Assembly (NCBI GenBank): GCA_964561085.1
Contig: CAZLNP010000003.1
Location: 7,351 to 71,350, forward strand
Reading direction: 5' to 3'
DNA from: an uncultured Candidatus Saccharibacteria bacterium
Lineage (GTDB): Bacteria > Patescibacteriota > Doudnabacteria > UBA920
Length of the DNA: 64,000 nucleotides
The notes under the pieces are model-generated. The model was not told where the DNA came from and searched no databases. It was given only the letters and a program-made list of their open reading frames with translations. The position numbers were made by a program, and so were the translations under genes. Below, piece after piece: positions 48,457 through 57,615 of this stretch (the first letter of the stretch is position 1; each line of letters starts with the position of its first letter).

Positions 48457-49134
48457 CTATTTCTTTTTCTTACCGTTATCTGGAGCAACCTTTACTAAAG
48501 GTTTTGTAACGCCAGTAGAAGTAATTCGGATCATTCCGCCAGTTGCACCAGGGATAGCGCCAGAAACCATCATCAAACCTTTTTCTAGATCAACATCTAC
48601 TACTTGTAGGTTTTTGACAGTTACGTGCTGAGTTCCCATGTGTCCAGCCATTCGACGGCCTTTGTTAACGTGTTGTGGATAACGAGAACCGATGGAACCA
48701 ACGGAACGGGGTTTATCGTGACCATGAGATGCCGGGAAACCTTTGAAACCATGGCGCTTCATAGCACCAGCGAATCCACGACCCTTCATTACACCGATAA
48801 CATCTACCAATTCACCAATTTCGAAAGCGCTTGCATCAAACTTTGCACCAGCTTCGAAAGTAGAAATTTCTTCAGGAGTCATGCGTTTTTCAACGAATTT
48901 ACCGAAGTGTCCTAAATCTTTGCTGTGGCCTGTTTTTGGCTTATTTGTACGCTTAGATCCAGCAATAGCTTGATCAATGCCGAATTGTACAGCGTTATAC
49001 TTATCTTTGCTTGCTTCAGTTTTTACTTGAGTAACAGTCATCGGCAAAACGGATACTACAGTAACCGGAATGCTTTCGCCTGATTCAGCAAAATACTGAG
49101 TCATGTTAAGTTTTTTTCCAACGATGAAGTTCAT
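48457..49134 (-). CDS. rplC: 50S ribosomal protein L3
   Basis: GKKLNMTQ, KGRGFAG and MAGHMG motifs. Confidence 0.96.
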   Translation of the reverse strand: MNFIVGKKLNMTQYFAESGESIPVTVVSVLPMTVTQVKTEASKDKYNAVQFGIDQAIAGSKRTNKPKTGHSKDLGHFGKFVEKRMTPEEISTFEAGAKFDASAFEIGELVDVIGVMKGRGFAGAMKRHGFKGFPASHGHDKPRSVGSIGSRYPQHVNKGRRMAGHMGTQHVTVKNLQVVDVDLEKGLMMVSGAIPGATGGMIRITSTGVTKPLVKVAPDNGKKKK

Positions 49135-49216
49135 GTCGTTCTTTTTCTGAAACTGAGTGGTCCGAACTTATAACGGACATCAGTCATCTGGTTAATAAAT
49201 ATAGGCTATAAAAAAC

Positions 49217-49345
49217 AAAAAATGCTGAGCCTATTTGCCCAGCACACAAAAATACTTCTAAATCTAATAAAAGATAGAGGTTTCGTATGTTTGGCAAATA
49301 GTATTTTGATTGGAGCAGCTTTCTGGGCTGCGACCCTCAAAACTT
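49217..49345 (-). promoter_or_regulatory. Attenuator-like structured region between rpsJ and rplC
   Basis: Terminator TGCTGGGC-AAATAG-GCTCAGCA-TTTTTT (49244-49217) with upstream complementary CTATTTGCC (49301-49293). Confidence 0.55.
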
Positions 49346-49359
49346 ATCTACACGATTGT

Positions 49360-49683
49360 TTAGCTCATTTTGATCTCAACATCAACTCCAGCAGGGAGAT
49401 TAAGGTTGGTCAAGGAATCAATAGTCTTAGCAGTTGGTTCAAGAATGTCGATCATTCTCTTGTGAACGCGCATTTCGAATTGTTCACGGCTATCTTTGTG
49501 TACGAAAGTTGAGCGAAGTACTGTGTACTTCTTCTTCTCCGTAGGTAAAGGAATTGGGCCAGAAATTGAGGCTCCAGTTCGCTTAGCTGTGTCCACGATC
49601 TGCTTCGAGCTTTGATCGATCAATTTATGATCGTAAGCACGAATCTTGATGCGGATTTTCGGTTTGTTAACTGCCTTGTCCAT
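49360..49683 (-). CDS. rpsJ: 30S ribosomal protein S10
   Basis: [17 protein letters not shown] and [12 protein letters not shown] motifs. Confidence 0.97.
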   Translation of the reverse strand: MDKAVNKPKIRIKIRAYDHKLIDQSSKQIVDTAKRTGASISGPIPLPTEKKKYTVLRSTFVHKDSREQFEMRVHKRMIDILEPTAKTIDSLTNLNLPAGVDVEIKMS

Positions 49684-49783
49684 TTAGTCAATGAGCTTGT
49701 TAAGGATTGCTAAAATGTGCTTGTTTATGAGCTATTTTTAGCGTTTAAAAGAAAGCTAAAACGTTGCTTAGCTATTCTTGAGT

Positions 49784-49812
49784 ATTTTAAACGGTTTTTA
49801 CATTAATGTCAA
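49784..49812 (-). promoter_or_regulatory. S10 operon promoter
   Basis: TTGACA-17-TAAAAT on the minus strand. Confidence 0.75.
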
Positions 49813-49959
49813 GTTTTTCTGAAGGAAAAGTGAGGATTTTCTTAAAATACTTTGCGAGATTGACAAAACTACTATAAAATAGTATAGTGCAAGGTCTTGA
49901 GCGCCAGTATTAGCTTGAGAATATAGACAGAATTTAGTATTTTTCCGGAGGAGTTATTA

Positions 49960-50517
49960 ATGCAGAAATTAACTATTATAGGCCTGGGTAAGGATGCCCC
50001 GGTCTTTCTAAATGGGTTATTCGTCGTAAACAACGAACGGCTCATCGCTGAAATAAATAGTGTGGAAATGAAAGCGTATTACTGCGATCTTTCTACACTT
50101 GCAGCTCAAGGAGTAACTGACTGTGATCAGTTCGCCTTTGGTTTGATGGAAGAAGTCACAGCGCGAGTTATTCTCTACTCAAGAGTTTTGAATGACTGCA
50201 AATTTGATACGGAGAATGATAGTTTCGGCCATCCAATAGCCGTTAGCTCCGACCGAATTTTGCAAGATGTTGCATTTACACTTGAAGGTCGCCAAACTTA
50301 CATTGAAGGTGCAATTGGTATCAACAAATTACCCATCACGCTCTTCTCGGAGAGTCGTTTTACAGCCGGTAAGTCGCATTCAGAAATACTGATGATGACA
50401 CTGAGACGACTTTTCGAATATGGATTACTGGCGAAATACAACGACAGTATGGTGTTCGGACCAACAAGGAAGTTAATTCACGGCTTAGCGAAAGCGGCAC
50501 GATCCAATCAGTCTTAG
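49960..50517 (+). CDS. Orphan hypothetical protein
   Basis: TTGACA-17-TATAGT (49860-49888), GGAGG SD, hairpin+T terminator ~50546-50570. Confidence 0.75.
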   Translation: MQKLTIIGLGKDAPVFLNGLFVVNNERLIAEINSVEMKAYYCDLSTLAAQGVTDCDQFAFGLMEEVTARVILYSRVLNDCKFDTENDSFGHPIAVSSDRILQDVAFTLEGRQTYIEGAIGINKLPITLFSESRFTAGKSHSEILMMTLRRLFEYGLLAKYNDSMVFGPTRKLIHGLAKAARSNQS

Positions 50518-50584
50518 TTCAAAAAACTTCTAGAACTACGGTATGCTAGTCAGAAATGGCTAGCTTTTTTATTAACTGAAATTA

Positions 50585-50617
50585 AAAAACTCCCCTACTT
50601 TCGTAGAGGAGTTTTTT
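50585..50617. terminator. Bidirectional terminator downstream of tuf
   Basis: AAAAAACTCCCCTAC-TTTC-GTAGAGGAGTTTTTT. Confidence 0.8.
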
Positions 50618-50645
50618 ATATAAAAGTAAATTGTTTGGCTGAAAT

Positions 50646-50718
50646 ATTATTTATTGAGGAGGCAGTAACGCTAAGCGCAGCTGCGAAGCAGCGTGAGCGC
50701 TGCCTCCGTATAAATAAT
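50646..50718. repeat. Nested palindromic element downstream of tuf
   Basis: ATTATTTAT/ATAAATAAT outer stem, GGAGGCAG/CTGCCTCC stem, GCTGC-GAA-GCAGC inner hairpin. Confidence 0.7.
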
Positions 50719-50736
50719 TTTAAGTCTAAATCAATC

Positions 50737-51924
50737 TTACTTCATAATCTTAACTACAACACCAGCACCAACGGTACGGCCACCTTCGCGAATAGCGAAT
50801 TTGCCTTTTTCTTCTAGAGCTACTGGAGTGATCAATTTAACATTGATGTTTACAGTATCACCAGGCATAACCATTTCTTGACCTTCTGGCAAAATAACTT
50901 CACCAGTCACGTCAGTAGTACGGATGTAGAATTGAGGCTTGTAACCCTTGAAGAAAGGAGTGTGACGTCCACCTTCTTCTTTGTTCAAGATGTATACTTC
51001 AGCTTCAAATTCAGTGTGAGGAGTAATAGAACCGGTCTTAGCCAAAACTTGGCCACGTTCTACTTCTTCCTTCTTTACACCACGAAGCAATAGACCAGCG
51101 TTGTCTCCAGCCATACCCTTGTCTAGTTGCTTGTTGAACATTTCAACACCAGTAACAACTGTCTTAGATGTAGGGCGGATACCAACGATTTCAACTTCTT
51201 CGTTGATGTTGATAACACCACGTTCGATACGACCAGTAACCACAGTACCACGACCTTCAATAGTGAAGATGTCTTCGATTGGCATTAGGAAAGGTTGGTC
51301 AGTAGCGCGTTCTGGATCTGGGATGAAAGAATCCAAAGCTTCTACAAGCTTAGTGATAGATGGTTCACCCATATCAGATGTATCACCTTCAAGAGCTTTC
51401 AAAGCAGAACCACGGATGATTGGAGTATCTTTTCCAGGGAATTCGTACTTTGTTAGAAGATCGCGGATTTCTTCTTCAACAAGGTCTAGAAGTTCAGCGT
51501 CTTGAACCATATCACATTTGTTCATGTAAACAACGATGTGAGGTACACCTACTTGGCGAGCCAAAAGGATGTGTTCACGAGTTTGAGGCATTGGACCATC
51601 AGTAGCAGAAACTACTAGGATAGCGCCATCCATCTGAGCTGCACCAGTAATCATGTTCTTGATGTAGTCAGCGTGACCTGGACAGTCTACGTGAGCGTAG
51701 TGACGCTTTTCAGACTCGTATTCTGCGTGAGAAGTGTTGATGGTAATACCACGAGCACGTTCTTCAGGCGCATTGTCGATGCTAGCATAGTCCTTAGCTT
51801 TCGCGTTTCCGGACTTAGCTAACACAGTTGTGATAGCCGCAGTTAAAGTTGTCTTACCATGGTCTACGTGACCAATAGTACCAACGTTAACGTGGGTTTT
51901 CGAACGATCAAATTGCTCTGCCAT
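50737..51924 (-). CDS. tuf: Elongation factor Tu
   Basis: [22 protein letters not shown] and NKCD motifs; true start ATG 51924 (MAEQFDRSK). Confidence 0.98.
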   Translation of the reverse strand: MAEQFDRSKTHVNVGTIGHVDHGKTTLTAAITTVLAKSGNAKAKDYASIDNAPEERARGITINTSHAEYESEKRHYAHVDCPGHADYIKNMITGAAQMDGAILVVSATDGPMPQTREHILLARQVGVPHIVVYMNKCDMVQDAELLDLVEEEIRDLLTKYEFPGKDTPIIRGSALKALEGDTSDMGEPSITKLVEALDSFIPDPERATDQPFLMPIEDIFTIEGRGTVVTGRIERGVININEEVEIVGIRPTSKTVVTGVEMFNKQLDKGMAGDNAGLLLRGVKKEEVERGQVLAKTGSITPHTEFEAEVYILNKEEGGRHTPFFKGYKPQFYIRTTDVTGEVILPEGQEMVMPGDTVNINVKLITPVALEEKGKFAIREGGRTVGAGVVVKIMK

Positions 51925-52124
51925 TTGATACCTTTCGTTGAATATATAGTAAACGGGATGCCCCGAGATACCCTCGCTCTTTCCTCGCAATGATGCGGGG
52001 GAAAAGAGAGGGTCTCTCTTTTTTTCGCTAGGAATCCAGGAACATCAGGACTGTTTTCTACTTATTCAAATTTAATTATTGTACAAATAAAATCAGCGGC
52101 CGCAAGGCGCGCCAATCACTATGT

Positions 52125-52153
52125 ATTCTAAGGAGTTTTGGAGGTGGTGTCAA
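52125..52153 (-). promoter_or_regulatory. tuf promoter
   Basis: TTGACA-17-TAGAAT on the minus strand, ~190 nt upstream of the start. Confidence 0.75.
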
Positions 52154-52224
52154 GTTGGAATCGCTTTTGCTATTTACTAAAAAAGGTAGTATAACTAAAG
52201 TATTCATACAACGGAGGTGATGTC

Positions 52225-52551
52225 ATGATTCATCATATATACCGTCAGGAATGGCAGAGACTTGTGAACAACCGACTCAAGAGAGCTGGTTATTCATTCC
52301 ATCATTCACCGGAAGCAGCGGAGCTGTATATTAAACAGTTAGCCGATACAGAGGCGAAAAAATCGCCGATAGATCGACTATATGTTAAAGGTGTTCCTAC
52401 TAAAAGGGAAACGACTGAGCAATTCTTTAACGAAGTTAAAGGAAAAGCAGAACGAGCCTTGCAGTATGGGGAATTCCGAACTACAGATCCGACAACTCCG
52501 ATGGTAGATAAATCAGCCATTATCACTTTGGCAACCCTGTTTGCCAAATAG
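52225..52551 (+). CDS. Orphan hypothetical protein
   Basis: TTGCTA-17-TATAAC (52167-52195), GGAGGTG SD, terminator ~52555-52587. Confidence 0.72.
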   Translation: MIHHIYRQEWQRLVNNRLKRAGYSFHHSPEAAELYIKQLADTEAKKSPIDRLYVKGVPTKRETTEQFFNEVKGKAERALQYGEFRTTDPTTPMVDKSAIITLATLFAK

Positions 52552-52589
52552 AAAAAAGAGCAACTACTTAATTGTAGTTGCCTTTTAAT

Positions 52590-53027
52590 TTATATATCGT
52601 CAAAGTTTGTACTGATTTCTTCATCGACAGATGTTTCCGGAATATCAACTTTTACTTCTGGAGTGCCAGTGTAATTGTATGGCATCGATTTGAAAAGATT
52701 TTGAGCCCGCTTATTAATTAGCGAGTCGATTCGCTCTGCATTACTGGAATAGACCTGAGGCTCTTGTAAATCTGGATTAGGTAGCACGGCTTCTGGCAAA
52801 GCGGCATCAGCTACTGAAATAACTTCTTCCAATTGTGCCTGCAGAATTTCTCGGTTTACTTTCTCTGCGATGTCTTCCGCACTTAATTTGGTTTCTTGAG
52901 GTGCATTACCAGCAATCTTTTTATATTCATCATAAGGAAGGAGTACGCCCTGAACTTTGCCATCATCACTGACAATTACCACTTTCCCCTGCTCCCCAGC
53001 CAAATTTAAGTAATCTTTTATGTTCAT
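52590..53027 (-). CDS. Hypothetical protein with Phd/YefM-like N-terminal pattern and acidic tail
   Basis: KVVIVSDDGKVQGVLLPYDEYKK; leaderless promoter TTGCCA-17-TACCAT 6 nt before ATG. Confidence 0.7.
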   Translation of the reverse strand: MNIKDYLNLAGEQGKVVIVSDDGKVQGVLLPYDEYKKIAGNAPQETKLSAEDIAEKVNREILQAQLEEVISVADAALPEAVLPNPDLQEPQVYSSNAERIDSLINKRAQNLFKSMPYNYTGTPEVKVDIPETSVDEEISTNFDDI

Positions 53028-53088
53028 ATCTACATGGTAGTCTGAAGTAATAAACTTGGCAAATTTTGATTTAAGTACTAGACTTATG

Positions 53089-53243
53089 TTGATCTCCTCT
53101 CGAGGTCAATAATTCAAAACAAACCTATTTTAGTGGAATAGAATCAAGGGGGGCTACACTCTATGAAAACTTTATAGTGCGGTTTTACCGCATTCCAGAC
53201 TTTTTGGGGACTCAGTTAAATACGACTGGGTCCCGCTTTTTTT
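53089..53243 (+). ncRNA. Candidate ~155-nt structured small RNA
   Basis: TTGGCA-17-TAGACT promoter (53056-53084), three hairpins, terminator GGGACTCAGT...ACTGGGTCCC-GC-T7; only ORF with an SD is MKTL*. Confidence 0.5.
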
Positions 53244-53248
53244 ATTTA

Positions 53249-53275
53249 AAAGACCGCTCTGATAGAGCGGTCTTT
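53249..53275 (-). terminator. Terminator downstream of fusA
   Basis: AAAGACCGCTCT-GAT-AGAGCGGTCTTT. Confidence 0.8.
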
Positions 53276-53300
53276 ATCATTTCTATATATAAGCTTGAGG

Positions 53301-55436
53301 TTACTGTCCTTTACGAACGTTCATACCAGCACGAGCTTCGATGATTCCAGCAGCAACATTTTTAGGAACTTCAGCATAGTGATCGAATTCCATGATAGAT
53401 GATGCTTGTCCTTGAGTCATGCTACGAAGTTGTGTTGCGTAACCAAACATTTCAGCAAGCGGTACGTGAGCAGTGATGATCTTACGGTTTGTAATATCTT
53501 CCATGTCTTGTACTTTTGCACGCTTAGAGTTTAAGTCACCAATTACATCACCCATGTTAACTTCAGGTGTTGTAACTACAACTTTCATAACTGGTTCTAG
53601 AAGGACAGGATCGCCTTTGCGAACAGCTTCTTGCAAAGCTTTAGATGCAGCAATTTTGAAAGCCATTTCAGAAGAGTCAACTTCGTGATAGCTACCATCA
53701 TAAACAGTAGCTTTGAAGTCTACCAATGGGTATCCAGCGATAACACCATTTGCAGCAGATTCTTGGATACCTTTATCAATTGGCTTGATGTATTCTTTTG
53801 GAATTACACCACCAACGATTGCATCAACGAATTCGTATCCTTTACCAGCTTCCAAAGGTTCAACACGAAGGTAAACGTGACCGTATTGTCCACGACCACC
53901 AGATTGGCGGATGAACTTGTGTTCTGCTTCGGCCATCTTCTTAAAGCTTTCTTTGTAAGCAACTTGAGGCTTACCAACGTTAGCTTCAACTTTAAATTCG
54001 CGCTTCATACGATCTACAAGAATTTCAAGGTGAAGTTCACCCATACCAGCAATAATGGTTTCTTGAGTTTCAGTGTCAGAGCTAACTTTGAATGTCGGAT
54101 CTTCTTCAGCAAGTTTTTGCATCGCAATACCCATTTTTTCTTGGTCAGCTTTTGTCTTTGGCTCAATCGCCATAGAGATAACTGGTTCAGCGAACTTGAT
54201 CTTTTCAAGTTCGATTGGAGATGTTTCTGCACAAAGTGTATCTGCAGTGATAGTGTCTTTTGGACCTACCAACGCACAAATGTCACCAGCGAAAACTTCT
54301 TTAACTTCATCGCGTTGGTCAGCACGCATACGTACGATACGACCAACACGTTCTTTGTTTCCTGAACGAGCGTTCAAAACGTAAGAGCCAGCAGTCAAAG
54401 TTCCAGAGTAAACACGGAAGAAAGCAAGACGACCTACGAATGGGTCAGTTGCAATTTTGAAAGCAAGCGCTGTGAATGGTTCTGCGTCAGATGGGTTACG
54501 AACGAGCTCTTCACCAGTCTTTGGGTTTGTACCCTTAACAGGTTCTTTATCCACTGGAGATGGTAAGAAGTTTGCAACTGCATCAAGCAATGTACGAACG
54601 ATGATACCACGGCCATCACCACCAAATACTGGATAGAATTCACCAGAACGAGTTGCTTTACGGATAGCCATAAGCAATTCATCTTCTGTAAGAGCTTCAC
54701 CGCCCAAATATTTTTCCATCAATTCGTCGTCGAACTCAACAACTTTTTCAATTAATTCATGACGGTACTTTTCAGCCTTTTCTAACATGTCTGCAGGAAC
54801 TTCACCAATAGTGAATTCTTTGTCTGTGTAATCTTTGTATGTGTAAGACTTCATTCCGATAAGATCTACAACACCAATAATGTCTTTTTCAAAACCGATT
54901 GGAAGTTGTACTGGGAATGCATTCTTTGTTAAACGAGTGTGAATAGATTCCAAAGACTTGTAGAAGTCGCCACCAGTTTGGTTAATCTTGTTGATGAAAC
55001 ATGCGCGAGGTACACCATACTTGTCGGCTTGGCGCCATACTGTTTCGGATTGAGGTTCTACACCCATCTTACCGTCGAATACGGTAATGGCACCATCAAG
55101 CACACGCAAAGAACGTTCAACTTCTACTGTGAAGTCTACGTGTCCTGGTGTGTCGATAATGTTGATTTTGTATTGATCAACGCTGTCGCCTTCATGGGCC
55201 ATCTTGATGTACTGGGGTTTCCAGTAACAAGTAACAGCAGCAGACGTGATAGTAATACCACGTTCACGTTCTTGTTCCATCCAGTCGGTAACAGTTTCAC
55301 CTTCGTGTACTGCACCAATGGTGTGGATCATACCGGTGTTATACAAAATACCTTCGGTAGTTGTAGTTTTGCCGGCATCGATGTGAGCGATAATCCCGAT
55401 GTTTCGGGTCGCTTCAATTGGATATTCTCTTGGCAT
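53301..55436 (-). CDS. fusA: Elongation factor G
   Basis: [30 protein letters not shown] and HEVDSSE motifs. Confidence 0.98.
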   Translation of the reverse strand: MPREYPIEATRNIGIIAHIDAGKTTTTEGILYNTGMIHTIGAVHEGETVTDWMEQERERGITITSAAVTCYWKPQYIKMAHEGDSVDQYKINIIDTPGHVDFTVEVERSLRVLDGAITVFDGKMGVEPQSETVWRQADKYGVPRACFINKINQTGGDFYKSLESIHTRLTKNAFPVQLPIGFEKDIIGVVDLIGMKSYTYKDYTDKEFTIGEVPADMLEKAEKYRHELIEKVVEFDDELMEKYLGGEALTEDELLMAIRKATRSGEFYPVFGGDGRGIIVRTLLDAVANFLPSPVDKEPVKGTNPKTGEELVRNPSDAEPFTALAFKIATDPFVGRLAFFRVYSGTLTAGSYVLNARSGNKERVGRIVRMRADQRDEVKEVFAGDICALVGPKDTITADTLCAETSPIELEKIKFAEPVISMAIEPKTKADQEKMGIAMQKLAEEDPTFKVSSDTETQETIIAGMGELHLEILVDRMKREFKVEANVGKPQVAYKESFKKMAEAEHKFIRQSGGRGQYGHVYLRVEPLEAGKGYEFVDAIVGGVIPKEYIKPIDKGIQESAANGVIAGYPLVDFKATVYDGSYHEVDSSEMAFKIAASKALQEAVRKGDPVLLEPVMKVVVTTPEVNMGDVIGDLNSKRAKVQDMEDITNRKIITAHVPLAEMFGYATQLRSMTQGQASSIMEFDHYAEVPKNVAAGIIEARAGMNVRKGQ

Positions 55437-55459
55437 AATTTATTAAATCTTTATTTCTA

Positions 55460-55963
55460 TTATTTACGCTTGTTTCCAAAACGTGCGAAGTGAGCGAAAG
55501 CTTTGTTAGCTTCAGCCATACGGTGAGTGTCATCACGCTTCTTAACAGCAGCACCAATTTTGTTGAAAGCATCAACAATTTCGTAAGCTAGCTTTTCGCG
55601 CATTGGAGCACCTTTACGAGCGCGGGCAGCATTAATCATCCATTTCATTCCAAGTGCTGTGCGGCGAGGTTCTTGTACTTCCATTGGAACTTGATAGTTA
55701 GATCCACCGATACGGCGACCTTTAATTTCCATCAATGGAGCGATATTTTTTAAAGCGATGTCGAAGATCTGACGGCTGTCAGAAACATCTTGGTCTTTCA
55801 TTTTTTCACCAACAATGTCCAATGCATCATAGAAAATCTTCTGTGATACGGTTTTCTTACCGCGTTCCATTAGGTAGTTAATGAACTTACCGTATTTAAC
55901 GCTAGAAAACTTTGGATCTGGGGCTGGCAAATGTTTTTCGAAACTTCTTGCTCTACGTGGCAT
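55460..55963 (-). CDS. rpsG: 30S ribosomal protein S7
   Basis: RRIGGSNYQVP and HRMAEANKAFAH motifs. Confidence 0.97.
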   Translation of the reverse strand: MPRRARSFEKHLPAPDPKFSSVKYGKFINYLMERGKKTVSQKIFYDALDIVGEKMKDQDVSDSRQIFDIALKNIAPLMEIKGRRIGGSNYQVPMEVQEPRRTALGMKWMINAARARKGAPMREKLAYEIVDAFNKIGAAVKKRDDTHRMAEANKAFAHFARFGNKRK

Positions 55964-55984
55964 ATATTTAAAGTCTTTCTAGGG

Positions 55985-56407
55985 TTACGCTGCGCTTGGG
56001 CGCTTTGTTCCATATTTACTGCGAGAGCGTTTACGACCGTCAACGCCTAATGTGTCCAACTTACCACGAACGATGTGGTAACGAACACCCGGAAGATCTT
56101 TTACACGACCGCCGCGAATCATTACTACACTGTGTTCCTGCAAGTTGTGACCAACACCTGGGATGTAAGCAAGAACTTCCATCTGGTTAGTCAATTTAAT
56201 CTTAGCTACTTTTCGAAGCGCAGAGTTCGGCTTCTTTGGAGTAGTTGTGTATACCTTTAGACAAACACCGCGCATGAATGGAGATCCAGTCGGCATGGTG
56301 ATTACCTTATTCTTTAGCAAGTTCACACGACGTTGTAACGCCGGAGATTTGCTTTTGGCTTTCAAAGGCTTTCGACCTTTACGAACCAATTGGTTAATAG
56401 TTGGCAT
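55985..56407 (-). CDS. rpsL: 30S ribosomal protein S12
   Basis: [19 protein letters not shown] and [11 protein letters not shown] motifs. Confidence 0.98.
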   Translation of the reverse strand: MPTINQLVRKGRKPLKAKSKSPALQRRVNLLKNKVITMPTGSPFMRGVCLKVYTTTPKKPNSALRKVAKIKLTNQMEVLAYIPGVGHNLQEHSVVMIRGGRVKDLPGVRYHIVRGKLDTLGVDGRKRSRSKYGTKRPSAA

Positions 56408-56695
56408 CTTTCGATGTACCTTTCTTATTTGGGTGACACTCGCCTCTTCGCTTGTCTCTATGACAAACTTAGAAACGTCCCTTTAATAAATAATTTCCAC
56501 ATAAAAAACTGACCAGAGTCAGCTCTCGTGGTTTCGTGATTTGGTACTGCGACGAAGCCTATGCCGCTGACGCCAATTAAGGCGATCTTCCCAAATATAC
56601 GAACAATGTGTCGGTAATTCCTTTGCCAATTAAGGCACTGATGGGGCTTCAATGAATTGTATGTGGATTATAGCTAAACTGCTGGTTTTGGTCAA
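56408..56695 (-). promoter_or_regulatory. rpsL promoter and ~250-nt structured leader with internal terminator
   Basis: TTGACC-17-TATAAT (56695-56667); twin GCC-TTAATT-GGC hairpins; GCTGAC-TCTG-GTCAGT-TTTTT terminator (56523-56503). Confidence 0.6.
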
Positions 56696-56767
56696 GTTGA
56701 CAAAATACTAATAATATCCCACAATCTGATTAGTTCACGTTAGTTCAATAAGAAATAGGGGGAAATC

Positions 56768-57322
56768 ATGACTGTTCCAAATTCAAATACCAAACCTAAT
56801 CTCACAAAAGAGAAGTTTTTTTATGTTTTAGGTGAAGAAGTTAGTCGTCTGGTTGGAGGACGCTACTATCCATTTGGAGTTGAAAGCTTGCCAAGCTTGC
56901 GTATATATCAAAAAGAGAATGGCACTACTACCATCATAGGGCCTTATGGGGAAGTAAATATGAGGAAAGACGACACCTTAAGAATGGACCTAGAAGGTAA
57001 CTTGCGTTTTCTAAAGGGTCCATCGCGCATGGATAATCCTTTCCAAAAGGTTATGGTAAGATCTCGTCTGAAACCTGACTTACTCAAACTCTCTAATAAG
57101 GAAGAAGAGGACACACCTGTTGAAATTCACTACCCTTTTATGGCGGTCATTTTTAGTTCCAACGGAAAAGAAAGAAAGATATTTCCTGAAGGGAACCACA
57201 TTTCATACCGCATAAGCTCAAGTTGGGAAGTCGTAATGACGTATGACTCCAGAACAGAATCCGTTTGCGATATAATTGTTCGCTCTCACGCGAAATCAGA
57301 GGCTGCTGACATCCTCTTATGA
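56768..57322 (+). CDS. Orphan hypothetical protein, paralog of the next gene
   Basis: TTGACA-17-CACAAT (56697-56725), G-rich SD; shares RKDD and KGPS motifs with 57616..58254. Confidence 0.75.
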   Translation: MTVPNSNTKPNLTKEKFFYVLGEEVSRLVGGRYYPFGVESLPSLRIYQKENGTTTIIGPYGEVNMRKDDTLRMDLEGNLRFLKGPSRMDNPFQKVMVRSRLKPDLLKLSNKEEEDTPVEIHYPFMAVIFSSNGKERKIFPEGNHISYRISSSWEVVMTYDSRTESVCDIIVRSHAKSEAADILL

Positions 57323-57480
57323 AAGTTTACAGAGGCTGATCTTCTAAAAAAGCGGTCGGGAATGTTTGACGAGTATGAGCAAGTTGAATCTCAAGAAGAA
57401 AGTGATCTGAAATATTTAGAATGGTTCCTAAGAACTAGTAGTTCTTCTACTTTAGAGGCAACTGGTTCATAACAATAAGC

Positions 57481-57512
57481 AGAGGCTGTCTCAAAAGGAC
57501 AGCTTCTTTTTT
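57481..57512 (+). terminator. Intrinsic terminator
   Basis: AGAGGCTGTC-TCAAAAG-GACAGCTTCT followed by T run. Confidence 0.75.
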
Positions 57513-57615
57513 ATTTACTAAATATTATGCGCGTATTGACAATAACCATGAAATTAGGCATAATTGATATTCGTTTTGATAGTTCTTTTAATTAAAAATA
57601 GCGAGGGGTAATGAA

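Noticed and set aside
52225-53027. Toxin-antitoxin pair
   Set aside because: The genes are convergent, the Phd-like resemblance is weak, and the partner shows no toxin motif.
53473-55493. Long plus-strand ORFs opposite fusA (and similar ones opposite mreB, fba, tuf and r-protein genes)
   Set aside because: Shadows of strongly codon-biased genes, with no promoter, SD or recognisable motifs.
57320-57322. Genome-wide UGA recoding (genetic code 25)
   Set aside because: Conserved genes such as rpiB end in TGA at the expected position, and long conserved ORFs contain no in-frame TGA.
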